DNA of 38,770 nt, taken from positions 23,024,258-23,063,027 of the forward strand of contig NC_068990.1 of the NCBI RefSeq assembly GCF_001194135.2, written 5' to 3'. The DNA is from Octopus bimaculoides (lineage: Eukaryota). Numbering within the stretch: the first letter of the stretch is position 1; the number at the start of each line of letters is the position of its first letter. Of this stretch, positions 22,566 to 34,029 are shown one piece after another. Below the pieces are notes generated by a model. The model ran no database searches. It was not told the origin of the DNA and saw only the letters and a list, made by a program, of their open reading frames with translations. The position numbers and the translations under genes are program-made.

Positions 22566-23671
22566 CTGCAATGGGAAAAAAAAAAAGAAAAAGAAATAAA
22601 AAATACTGACATTCTTCTCAACACCTGCCTCTAACCATCTGTCAGCTTCCTCTCAAACTGATGAACTTATTCATCTATGTTTCTCAATTCTTTACCTGTA
22701 CTCTCAACTATTCGGAGGTGGTGCATGGCTTAGTGGTTAGGGTGTTGGACTCATGATCATAACATTGTGGTTTCGATTCCTGGACCAGGTGGTGCTGCTC
22801 CAGTCAACTCAGCTGGTAATAATAAGTAACCCTGTGAAAGACTAGCATCTTGCCCAGGTGGGGAATATATACACCAGAGAAACAGGCAAACAGAACTATG
22901 TTTCTTAAGGAGTAATGCGAGCTAACCATTCTCTCCTATACTCATCTTCTTGTGTCTTGAGAGTACACTCTGACACCCACATCACCAAAATCATCGTCGT
23001 CTTTCCAGTTACTTCTACTCATGCTTTTGTAATACAGGGTAGCCATGTACTTCTGCAAAAGCAAGACATGTGTGCTAGTCACTCTATCATACTTTAACCT
23101 ATCAAGAGCTGCCAGAAAGTCATCTCCCTCTCTATTACAACCCCACACAGTCAAGCATATTTTTCTTTGTCTTGCAAGTTACTTGACGACACCTCACTAG
23201 AGCTGGTGTCACAAAAAGAAAGCAACAAGTGTACTTGTGAAGTGTTTGGTTAGGAAGACCATCCAGCCATAGAAACACCACCAAAAGAGAAACTGGAACT
23301 CAATGCAGTCCTCTAGTTTATTGGATTCTGCTCAACTGTCCAACCCATGGCAGTTAAATGAGGATGATGAGTCTTGAATAATGAGGGAACATCTCCCTGG
23401 ACTTATTTCTAGCACATCAAGCTGATGTATAGAGACTTTGTTGGCTTAATGAGCCTATCAGTCAGACTTGTTGATAAGATGGAAATTCATGTCAGCTGAA
23501 GGCATTTTGTTGAGTTTAGGTGATACAATTAATTAACACAACAGGTGTTTTGTGACTATTTAAGAAGCTAGTTTCTCAAGTATGTTGGTCTTGGATTCAG
23601 TTCCATTGTTTGGAACCTTAGGCAAGAATGGTAACTAGAAACTGAAAGAAGCTCTCACACATATACACATG

Positions 23672-23673
23672 TA

Positions 23674-23734
<61 letters not shown>
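23672..23734. repeat. (TG)n(AG)n compound microsatellite
   Basis: Seen directly. Confidence 0.95.
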
Positions 23735-23737
<3 letters not shown>

Positions 23738-24789
23738 AGTACGTGTGTACACTTGGTTAGGGATCCTGTGATAGTTGTATATGAGTATCAGCATCATCAT
23801 ACAAGCAAGATTTTTTTTGTTTCCAGTCTCCTGTGTAAAACATTTCTACCTACAGGAATATATTGCCTTGCTTGGAAATGGGTGAGAGTTAGTGACAGGA
23901 AGGGCATCCAGCCAGAGAAAATCTGCCTCAACAAATTCCATCTGACCTATGCATGCATGGAAAAGCAGACAGTAAATGACGATGATGATAATCTCACGTA
24001 GCAGGCCGGAGGAATAGATGCTAGATATGGAGATATTAGCTACAATTTCAATAAAACTCTCTTCCTAACCTGGAGTGAACTTAGCACCTGCATGTGAAAT
24101 ATCATGAGACAGGAAGATAAGCATTGGCCCTTTCATAATCCAGGGAAGTGGGAAGTAACTTGGAGCATCTACGTTCTAACTGAAGCTTGCTTGGTACTGA
24201 TTTAAGAGGACCAAACAACATAAAGAACAGACATAGTAAGAGGCGCAGGATTTAGATGTTAAAAGAAGATGAAAACATTTGCTAGAATAGACAAAGTAAA
24301 TATACTATAACCAAGATCAGATCTGATTATATTGATATGAACATGTACATGTATTACATATATACTGTGTATGAACATAAAGACAAAGACATCTGCCTTG
24401 AAGAATATTCAACGTTTACTTTCACATTTCAGCTGCTAAACAGTATCAAATTTCAAATACACAACGTAACAGAAGAACAAGAAAATATCTTAAAACGATA
24501 CTAATCACCGAGGTCATCAGTTGTAGATTGTATAGGAATCTGAGTAGAGGATTGTCAGCATCATTATCATTGTTAGTACTAAAGAATATTAGAGACAGAC
24601 ACAGACATGGATGTGTGGCTAAGAAGTTTGCTTCATAAACGCAAGGTCTCAGGTTAAGCCCCACTGCACTGCTCTTTGAGCATGTGTCTTTTACTATAAC
24701 CCTGGGTCGACCAAAACCCTTAAAAATAGATTTGGTAGACAGGAACTGAGAGAAGCTTGTTACTGGTGTGTGTGTGTGTGTGTGTGTGT

Positions 24790-25200
24790 CATCATCATCA
24801 TCATCATCGTTTAACGTCCGCTTTCCATGCTAGCATGGATTGGACGATTTGACTGAGGACTGGTGAAACCGGATGGCTACACCAGGCTCCAATCTGCTTT
24901 ATCATGGTTTCTACAGCTGGATGCCCTTCCTAACACCAATCACTGAGAGTGTAGTGGGTGCTTTTATGTGCCACCTGCACAAGGCCAGTCAGGCGGTACT
25001 GGCAACGGCCACGCTCAAATTGTGTATTTTATGTGCCACCCGCACAAGAGCCAGTCCAGGGGCACTGGCAACGATCTCGCTCGAAAGTCCATTACACATG
25101 CCACGGGCACAAGTGCCAGAAAGGCGACGCTGGGCACAGGTGCCATCCCGATTTCGCTTTCGCTTGCCCCAATAAGTCTCCGCAAGCTGAGTTTCGTGTC
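24790..25200 (-). mobile_element. Young RTE-tail non-autonomous element (family D) with internal gtgccac repeats and (GAT)n tail
   Basis: (cat)n cgtttaacgtccgctttccatgctagcatgg...ctacagctggatgcccttcctaac...gtgccac..gcac..ccagtc..ggcactggcaacg; CpGs largely intact. Confidence 0.9.
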
Positions 25201-25399
25201 TGCATGTAGATATATATATGTGTTAGTATTGAAGTCAAAGGCTTACTAACGGGGGAAGCAATACTACATCACCTGACGAGATACAACTGGATCCCATTTT
25301 AAAGGTAAACTGTTGCTTAATTTAAATCCTGTGTATCTGTGGATCCATGTCATATCAAAGTATACGTAATGTTTATTAAATACCTGTCTAAAGGTACTC

Positions 25400-25628
25400 C
25401 TTTTTGGTGACTCTATTTCATTCTATTTTATTCAATGATGATAAATCGCTAACCACTACACACATTTATTTTCTCTCTCCTTGTTTCTTTCTGTGTCCCT
25501 TTCTGTGGAAGAGCATAGGCTCAAAATGTTAAAGACTTTTTCCAATTCCCGAGCGTTAAACTAATACATCTGTTTGTTGTCTACAACACCTGCCTTCGTC
25601 TTTTGCTTGTTTTTTGTGAATTCTCTAC

Positions 25629-25630
<2 letters not shown>
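25400..25630 (+). mobile_element. Penelope-like pseudo-LTR remnant with degenerate hammerhead motif (25499-25534)
   Basis: CTTT-CTGTGGA-A-GAGC-atag-GCTC-AAAA-TG-T-T-AAAG has minimal type-I hammerhead topology; followed by (TA)n(CA)n. Confidence 0.55.

Positions 25631-25725
<95 letters not shown>
25627..25725. repeat. (TA)n(CA)n compound microsatellite
   Basis: Seen directly. Confidence 0.95.
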
Positions 25726-26131
25726 TAAATGAGTGTGCATGTGCATGTGTGTATACATGAATGTGTCACATAAAAAGCACCCATGTGGTGCCATGTAAAG
25801 AAGCACCCAGTACACTCTCTAAAGTGGTTGGCATTAGGAAGGGCATCCAGCAGTAGAAACCAAACCAAAGCAGACAAGTGGAACCTGATGCAGCTCTCCA
25901 GCTCCTGTCAAACGATCCAGTCTATGCCAGCATGGAAAACAGATATTAAATGATGATGAGATGATGAGGATGGTGTTTGACATATGTATGTATACATCCA
26001 TCCGTTCAGCTATTTTTGGTGCCTACTGGTCCTGAGATGGTTGTGGGAGTAGAATCCTAAGGTGCCTCCTCCAAATAGGTCCTAACGGAAGCAACTATTC
26101 TTAAACTTCCCAGCTGGAAACTGAAACTGTA

Positions 26132-26233
26132 GATGTTATCCAACCGTCTCATTTGTGGTATAACTCTAGGCTCGGCTTGAAGAATTCCTCTTGTGATTCT
26201 TTCCTGTGACATTCTAACTACATGTCTGTGACC
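26132..26233 (-). pseudogene. Old RTE-like ORF remnant about 60 bp downstream of a UGGT exon donor
   Basis: GHRHVVRMSQERITRGILQAEPRVIPQMRRLDNI resembles the RTE GHV.RM...R.P..IL...RW.D motif. Confidence 0.55.
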
Positions 26234-26293
26234 TCTCAATGTGGAATTGGGAATTGGAAATGATAGAAATATAAAGGCAAAGAAATTACTAAC

Positions 26294-26379
26294 TTGATTT
26301 GATCTCCTCAGACGTTCTCTGGCTAACATCATCCACAAATCTCCAGAAGTAATCTTCATTTTCACGGAAAAGGAACTCA
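26294..26379 (-). CDS. UGGT1: UGGT exon (86 nt): (S)EFLFRENEDYFWRFVDDVSQRTSEEIKS(S)
   Basis: tttgaacag| acceptor and |GTTAGT donor; resembles human EFLAEDSQEKFWNFV; phase 2 in, phase 1 out. Confidence 0.9.
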
Positions 26380-26909
26380 CTGTTCAAAGAAATAAATGAA
26401 TAAATAAGAAAAAAAAAACAAATAAATAAGATTTAAAAAAAAAAGAAAGAAAACATCAACAAATAATAGTCCAGTTCACAGTTAATATTCTACTGAATGT
26501 TTTTATTATTAACATCCATTTTCCAGACACTTGCCCAAGGTGCCACACTTTTGGACTGAACCCAGTACCAAGTTGTTGGGAAGCAAACGTCTTATCACAC
26601 AACCACATACTCTTGTCTTGACATTATACAATGTTTTGCAAGCAAGTGTCAGCATCATACAAGCAATGTTGCTAATTTCCAGTCTTCCATGAAAATACTT
26701 GTCTGGTCAAGGGGAAATATTATCGCGGTTGGAAACAGGCAAGGGTTGGCGACAGAAAGGGCATCCAGCTGTAGAAAATCTGCCTCAACAAATTTCGTCT
26801 GACCCTTGCAAGCATGGAAAAGAGGCAGTAAATGAAGATGATGATAAACTAGAGATGAAATGGAAATATTTATTGGTATTTTTTACTGAAGTAGAAACAG
26901 GGATAACTA

Positions 26910-27441
26910 ATTATTATTATTATTATTGAGTAAGAGAGCAGTGCATGCCATCAAAGTGACACTGGGGTAAACTATAAGCCCAGTATATCCATCATGACTA
27001 CCCATCTGCTAAGGGTACACCAGGCACATGCATCACAACCATATGTGTGCCATGTGGTGATCTCATATCAAGATTAACAGTGTATGATCTTGCAGGTGGG
27101 GGCCCAGTTAAAATTTTCTTCAAATTGAGTAGCCCATTCTGCTCAAAAGGTCCCTGAATAAGGGTTGTTTAAGGATGATGAGCAAAATACTCATGATTAC
27201 AGAGGTGAATTATCCAAATCCCAAAGAATTCCTCTCAACACATGGTTATGATGCTCCCCTACTACTTCTGCTCATGATCAGAGATGCACATCTCATCAGT
27301 CACCAAGGGACATGCTCAACTGGTTAAGGTCAAGCAACTGACAAGCAAATCTGTGGTACTGAGCAGAATATTTGCTGTAGCCCAACTTTTATACCAAGAC
27401 AAAACAATGTACATGATAACACTTCCAATCAGTTAAGACCA
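26910..27441 (-). mobile_element. LINE-like 3' UTR with (AAT)n tail; clade unassigned
   Basis: A second, shorter copy lies at 32580-32850 on the opposite strand (ccatcaaagtgacactgggg...catcatgactaccc...ggcacatgcatcacaacc...ggcccagtta.aattttcttca). Both end in (AAT)n. Confidence 0.75.
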
Positions 27442-28276
27442 NNNNNNNNNNNNNNNNNNNNNNNNNNNNNNNNNNNNNNNNNNNNNNNNNNNNNNNNNNN
27501 NNNNNNNNNNNNNNNNNNNNNNNNNNNNNNNNNNNNNNNNNNNNNNNNNNNNNNNNNNNNNNNNNNNNNNNNNNNNNNNNNNNNNNNNNNNNNNNNNNNN
27601 NNNNNNNNNNNNNNNNNNNNNNNNNNNNNNNNNNNNNNNNNNNNNNNNNNNNNNNNNNNNNNNNNNNNNNNNNNNNNNNNNNNNNNNNNNNNNNNNNNNN
27701 NNNNNNNNNNNNNNNNNNNNNNNNNNNNNNNNNNNNNNNNNNNNNNNNNNNNNNNNNNNNNNNNNNNNNNNNNNNNNNNNNNNNNNNNNNNNNNNNNNNN
27801 NNNNNNNNNNNNNNNNNNNNNNNNNNNNNNNNNNNNNNNNNNNNNNNNNNNNNNNNNNNNNNNNNNNNNNNNNNNNNNNNNNNNNNNNNNNNNNNNNNNN
27901 NNNNNNNNNNNNNNNNNNNNNNNNNNNNNNNNNNNNNNNNNNNNNNNNNAAAAATAAAAGGTCCACGGGAGTTTTAACCCTCATATCGGTGTAAATCTTG
28001 TATATATTTATGTATAATTCGATATACATTAATAAAGATAAGGTTAACAGATTAAATTAACACATAACATCATTAATGCCACCACTGAATTTAGGATGTT
28101 TATATTACTTATGATGTATTCCAGACTCCTCCCTCTATATCTACGTATTGGGCTAGCCTACTTCATCATCTGGGGGTGTCGACACAACAGAATGTAATGG
28201 CATACGAAATACCACTAAGCATTTCGCCCGGCATGCTAACGACCCTGCCAGCTCACCACCTTAAATATATATATAT

Positions 28277-28770
28277 ATTCTGTAAATAACAATAATAGTA
28301 TTTTAGAAGCTTAAAGCACATAAGTGATCACCATGCAATGACTAAAGAAAATAATCTAATAATGGGGTATATAAGCCCTCAAAAGAAAAAAGTATGTTTT
28401 CCTGTACGTGTGGGACACGAACCTAGACCTCTTTGTTTTTGTGACCAAGTGTGCTACCATTACATCGATGCACAGCCTGCTGATTTCTGTCAGATTTAAG
28501 AAAAATTAGTTCAGTGTTGTTTTTGTAAACAAACTTTCATGTGCTTTTATTGTGATGGTTTTTGTAAAGCAACGTCCATTTTTACAATTCTGTAAATTAT
28601 AATAATAATAATAGTATTTTATAAGCTTAAAACTTATAAGCAATCGCCATGCAATGACTAAAGGAAATAATCTAATAATGGGGCATATAAGCCCTCAATA
28701 GAAAAAAAAGTAGGTTTCCATTCTGAACACTGAACCATGTGATTGAGAAGCAAGCTTCTTATCTCACAGT
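28277..28770 (-). repeat. Two direct copies of an about 125-bp AT-rich body, each preceded on the minus strand by a tRNA-like head
   Basis: 28277-28400 and 28587-28718 share attctgtaaat..aataatagtatttta.aagcttaaa..ccatgcaatgactaaag.aaataatctaataatgggg.atataagccctcaa.agaaaaaa. Confidence 0.85.
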
Positions 28771-29309
28771 GTACCGTACAAGTACAACCGGTTTACTGCA
28801 CATAAATTTCAACAAAATCATACATGGACCTTCATTGAGAACCACTGCCCCAATCAGTTGCATGGCTTATGAGAAATAGCAGCCAAATCTCCATCAAATT
28901 CCACCTAACCCTCTCAAGGAGAGAACCCACTGGTCAACATAGTTACTGACATACATGTGGAGTGGTCACAGCTGGACTGTGCTCAATCATAAATCTGCAC
29001 AATCATGTTTGACATGGAGTTAAACAGTAACGTTACCAAACAAACGTCTTTAGAAAAAAACAGCTAACAAACAGTAGAATATTTGTTAAAACTGTTTTCA
29101 CAAAGCAATCAATCAATGTTTACTGCTGGAAATCACTCGAGTAACATCTGCTTTGAACAGCTGTCTTAACTAACGTTACTACAACTGTTGACTGGAATCA
29201 AACAGCTCTTATCGGGAGTTCAATTCTACGACAGGGTAGGCAATTGAGTTGTTGGGCAAGACATTCGATATTGTTTGCTTTGCTTTAGCAGTCATTAGAC
29301 AATGTAGGA

Positions 29310-29645
29310 ATGTATGTATGTATGTATGTATGTACGTATGTACATATGTATGTTTGTATGTGTGTTTGTATGTACATATGTACAGGGTGTCCACAAAGTC
29401 TGGGTACCTGGAGTAAATAAAATCATAACATAAACAATTAAATATAAGAAATAATAATTTCTTAAAGTATGTCTTAATCCCCCATGTACCTAGACTTTGT
29501 GGACACTCTGTATGTACATATGTACGTATATATGTATGTATGTATGTATGTTTGTATGTATGTTTGTATGTATGTTTATATGTTTGTATGTATGTTTGTA
29601 TGTTTATATGTATGTATGTATGTATGTTTATATGTATATATGTAT
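29310..29645. repeat. Degenerate (TATG)n tetranucleotide tract split by the Tc1-like MITE
   Basis: Seen directly. Confidence 0.92.
29383..29510 (-). mobile_element. Second copy of the Tc1-like MITE, inserted into a (TATG)n microsatellite
   Basis: Same TIRs, internal sequence is the reverse complement of 8754-8880, TA on both sides. Confidence 0.9.
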
Positions 29646-30150
29646 ATCTTTGTGTTTGTCTTCCATCACTGTATGACACACTGTTAGTTTGTTTATGTTC
29701 CTGTAACTTAGCAGTTTAGTAAAAGAGACCAATAGAATAAGTACTAGACTTTTAAGACAAAATTAATACGGGGATTTGACTTGACTAAACTATTCAAGAT
29801 GGTGCCCCAGCATGGCCCTAGCCTGATGACTATAACCAGTGAAAGGTCAAGGTTTAAGAGTACCACTTAGTGTCTTCTTGACCTAGGACAGGGACAGGGA
29901 GCAGTACTTGTCACACAACACAGTCATTAGACAGTGGCCATGCTGGGGCACCACCATGAAGAATTTTAGTTGAACAAATTGACCATGGGACTTGCTTTAT
30001 TCTATAAGCTTGGTATTTATTCTATCAGTTTCTTTTGCCAAACTGCTATGGTATAGGGACATAAACACACCAACACCAGTTGTGAAATAGTGGTGGGGGA
30101 ACAAACAAACACACACACACACACATACATACACGTGTGTGTGTGTGTGT

Positions 30151-30487
30151 GTGGCCGTTGCCAGTACCGCCTGACTGGCCATCGTAGGATTTTCGAGCGA
30201 GATCGTTGCCAGTGCCCCTGGACTGGCTCTTGTGCTGGTGGCACATAAAATACACCATTTTGAGCGTGACCGTTGCCAGTACTTCCTGACTGGCATTCAT
30301 GCCGGTGACACGTAAAAGCACCCACTACACTCTCTGAGTGGTTGGCGTTAGGAAGGGCATCCAGCTGTAGAAACTCTGCCAAATCAGATTGGAGCCTGGT
30401 GTTGTCATCCGGTTTCACCAGTCCTCAGTCGTATCGTCCAACCCATGCTAGCATGGAAAGCGGACGTTAAACGATGATGATGATGAT
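30151..30487 (+). mobile_element. Young family D copy, inverted relative to 24790-25200
   Basis: Ends ccaacccatgctagcatggaaagcggacgttaaacgatgatgatgat; closely matches the reverse complement of 24790-25090. Confidence 0.9.
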
Positions 30488-30828
30488 ACAATGGTCTTCT
30501 TTCAGTTTCCATCTACCGAATCCACTCACAAGGCTTTGGGTGGTCCAAGGATATAGTAAAGGACACCTGAGCAAAGTGCCACACAGTGGGACTGAACCTG
30601 GAACCATGTGGTTGGAAAGCAAACTTCTTACCATAGAGCCAAGCGCAAAATTTTCTCCTCACAGACGAGTGGTCTCACAGGAGGTGGGATATGATGAATC
30701 TGTCTCCTGTTAAATGCTATAAAAATCAGGACACAGAACAGAACACCACACCCACATCTCTGGGGAAATAATGGGTGTAGTGCAATTTCCATACACAATT
30801 TTTGGTAAGCTTCTGGAACAAACAGTAT

Positions 30829-31057
30829 CTAAGCCTTTAGCATTCAGATTACTTTATCAAATGTAATGCTTATTTATTCACATTTTAAAAAATTAATCCT
30901 GTATTATCTTGTAGCTCTGGGATTTCTATGATGTAATTGTTTGTTTTTTAAGATAACATTGTAGAATAGGTGTGAGAGACAGGATACAGCTGGTTTGAAC
31001 ATAAAACAGATCAAACATTTGGGCTGGATATGGCTTGTTTAAATGCTAAAGGGTTAA
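30829..31057 (-). mobile_element. MITE P1 full copy in reverse orientation
   Basis: aagcctttagcattcagattac...aaatgctaaagggTTAA. Other partial copies: 4011-4215(+), 11770-11947(-), 13240-13333(+). Confidence 0.85.
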
Positions 31058-32402
31058 AGGAATATATGATATATTTTTACAAGAAAAGAAAAACAAAATA
31101 TCTCAAAAAAAAAAAAATCACTCCAGGTCCGATATGAGAGACGTTGGACCTCCCATAAGGAGGTTCTCTTATGCACTAAAAACCTGTTTTAACCTGAATA
31201 TGTACCACTGGTATTGAGGTGCACCCAATATGCCTGTGTGTATCAACCTGCTTTTAGGTAATTTTAATTTATAGCCAGAGAGAGTACAAAGAAAACATTG
31301 ACTCAAAACTTGAAAAATGCCATAGTGGTTTGACCAGAACAAACCTTGATGGAGTTTGCTTAGTAATCAAATAATTAATTCACAGTATGTGTTATGTGAC
31401 AAGTACTGCTCTCTGTCCTAGGTCAAGAAGACACTGAGTGGCACTCTTAAACCCTGACCTTTTACTGGTTACAGTAATCAGGCTACGGCCATGCTGGGGT
31501 ACCATCTTGAATAGTTTAGGCAAGCAACTCAAATACCTGTACTAAATCTGTCTTAAAAGTCTAGTACTCATTCTATCGGTCTCTTTTACTAAACTGTGAA
31601 GTTACGGAAACATAAACAAACCAACATTGTGTCACACCGTGATGGAGAAGAAAAAACAAAGATGTACATATGAGATGGTTATGGTTGGAAAGCCTTTGTT
31701 CATAAGTCTGCTCCATCACGGTTACCCTGAGATAAAACAATAACAGCCAGTCAGAAAGAGTAGACAGAGGAGAGTGTGTGTCTGGATTGCCATTCAACAG
31801 ACATCTCATATTCCTCTTCATTGCATATCAGAGTGCATGTAATAGTCCACATGTACATGGACAGCATGACATCTGGGTAAACATCTACATGCATATGCAG
31901 AATTTGACCACCCCCTATACCTACACCTCAGAACCATCATGGCAACGTTTTGGAAAGAAACCTACATAGATTGCATATCTGATTTGGACCTCCAAGAGTT
32001 GCAGTTAAGTTCTGATCTTTGTGGATCTTAAATATCTTTTGAGGCCTCCATTAGATATGCAGACCTTCTGGCATACATTGCATATATATATATATATATA
32101 TATNNNNNNNNNNNNNNNNNNNNNNNNNNNNNNNNNNNNNNNNNNNNNNNNNNNNNNNNNNNNNNNNNNNNNNNNNNNNNNNNNNNNNNNNNNNNNNNNN
32201 NNNNNNNNNNNNNNNNNNNNNNNNNNNNNNNNNNNNAAAAATATTTCAATACAAATGTATTAATTTCCAGCAAAAAATAGCCCTATAAGGGTATATATAT
32301 ATAAATTCAGAAGAATGGTACAACAAGGCACCGATATTTACTGGAAAATAGCAATCGATATAAATACGACGCTATTGTATAGCTTCACTGTGTATATACT
32401 GG

Positions 32403-32439
<37 letters not shown>

Positions 32440-32844
32440 ATACACATGCAAAATAAGTTCAATGCACTCCAGAATTGTCAAAGATATGCTTGAATTTTTC
32501 CAAAATTGAATAAAATACATAAAATAATGATGGAAACAATGTGTATGATGAACAAAATGAAAAATAATGATAATAATGAGAATAGACCCTTAATCAGGGA
32601 TCTTTTGAGTGGGATGGGCTTACTGGACCTGAAGAAAATTCTAACTGGGCCCTACCTGCAAGGTCATGAGCTGTTTGTCTTGATATAAGATGACCATGTC
32701 ATGCACATACATACGGTTGTGATGCATGTGCCTGGCGCACCCTTGTCAGACGGGTAGTCATGATGGGTATACTGGGCTTTGTATAATTGTACCCCAGTGT
32801 CACTTTGATGGCACGCACTGCCATTTCAGTCAATAATAATAATA

Positions 32845-33277
32845 ATCCTTTCTACTATAAACACAAGGCCTGGAATTTGAGAGGATGGGACAGTTGATCA
32901 TATCAACTCAACTGGTATTTAATTCAATGAACCCGAAAGAATGAAAGGCAAAGTTGACCTCAGTGGCATTTGAACTCAGAACAAAGTCAGACAAAATACC
33001 ACTAAGCATTTTGACAGGTGTGCAAACAATTCTGTCAATTCATCACCTTAATAATAATAAGAAACCTTTTTACTATAGGCACAAGGCCTGAAATTTCAGG
33101 GGGAGGAGTAAGTTGATAACACTGACCCCCTGTATTCAACTGGTACTTATTTCATGAAGCCTGAAAGGATGAAAGGTAAAGTCGACCTCAGTGAAATTTG
33201 AACTCAGAATGTAAGGACAGACGAAATGTTGCTAAGCATTTTGCCTGATGTGCTAATGATGCAGCCAGCTTGCCATC
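32845..33277 (-). mobile_element. Two head-to-tail SINE family B copies
   Basis: ctttctactata(a/g)(a/g)cacaaggcctg...gaaaggatgaaaggcaaagt..acctc..tttgaactcagaa occurs twice (about 32845-33050 and 33060-33277). Confidence 0.85.
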
Positions 33278-34029
33278 TTAAATATAATGTTTTGGTGCAT
33301 GGTTTTCTGCCTGCCTTATACATACGTGCAGGATGGTATTCAATGTTTTTATGCATTAAACGTCTATACAAAAAGCTTTATGAGGATAAACACTGCAGTA
33401 TTATTGCCCTCTTATAATGCATGTACATTAAACAGGATTTAAAGACTGCCATTTGTTAATAATACTGTTTTTGTCATTAATATCTGATTTATTTCCAGCC
33501 TGCCAACCATAAGCAACACCAATGACTGAAATAGCTGCTGTTTCTCTGTAAACTGGTGAAAGGGAGATTTTACTAGCATATGGTTAGCAAATATCTGCAG
33601 TTGATGAGGTACAAAACATGCTGAAATCATGTGATACAGTAGTTTCCACTACCTGTGTGGGACAGTTTTTATCTGCTACAGATAGCTTTATGCTTTTATG
33701 CATAAAACATCAACACAAAAAGATTTCTCGGGACCAACACCGCAGAATAATGATGTTCTTATACTTCTAATATAAGGATAAAATTTTTCAAAAACAAAAC
33801 AAAAAAGAAAAAAAATTGGTACGTAAAAAGCACCATCGAAATATGATTGATGCCAGGCCCACCTGACTGGCTCCCATGCCAGTGGCACCTAAAAAGCACA
33901 AATTGATCATGGCCGAAGTCAGTACCCACTGACTGGCTCTTGTGCCAGTGTCACGTAAAAAGCACCATCCGAACGTGATCAATGTCAGGCCCACCTAACT
34001 GGCTCCTGTGCCGGTAGCATGTAAAAGAG

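Larger units (their letters stand above)
29641..31670. repeat. Inverted pair of about 280-bp segments (29641-29921 and 31389-31670)
   Basis: Visual alignment over the SINE A 3' half plus about 100 bp of extra sequence (tagcctga..aaggtc..gtttaagagt.ccact.agtgtcttcttgacctaggacag..gcagtacttgtcac). Confidence 0.88.

Noticed and set aside
22714-22786. tRNA gene candidates (also 34273, 35213, 28400-28470)
   Set aside because: They have A/B boxes but no complete acceptor stem and run into SINE bodies, so they are tRNA-derived heads.
24873-25249. Recurrent ORFs such as LQLDALPNANH..VVGAF.CH and HLPKVP.SGTEP in many places
   Set aside because: These are translations of non-coding SINE or RTE-UTR repeats in variable frames, not a protein family.
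31127-31170. Small hairpin atgagaga..acctcc-cataa-ggaggt-tctcttat as a miRNA or snoRNA
   Set aside because: Too short for a pre-miRNA, no C/D or H/ACA boxes in register, and plausible by chance.
32028-32100. LMEAS peptide as the missing UGGT LLEAS exon
   Set aside because: No upstream KW..TP, no phase-2 GT donor after it, a stop follows within 4 codons, and it abuts a (TA)n tract.
33436-33560. Minus-strand frame containing NKWQS as the missing UGGT exon
   Set aside because: It ends in TAA before any TP.LLEAS motif or donor.
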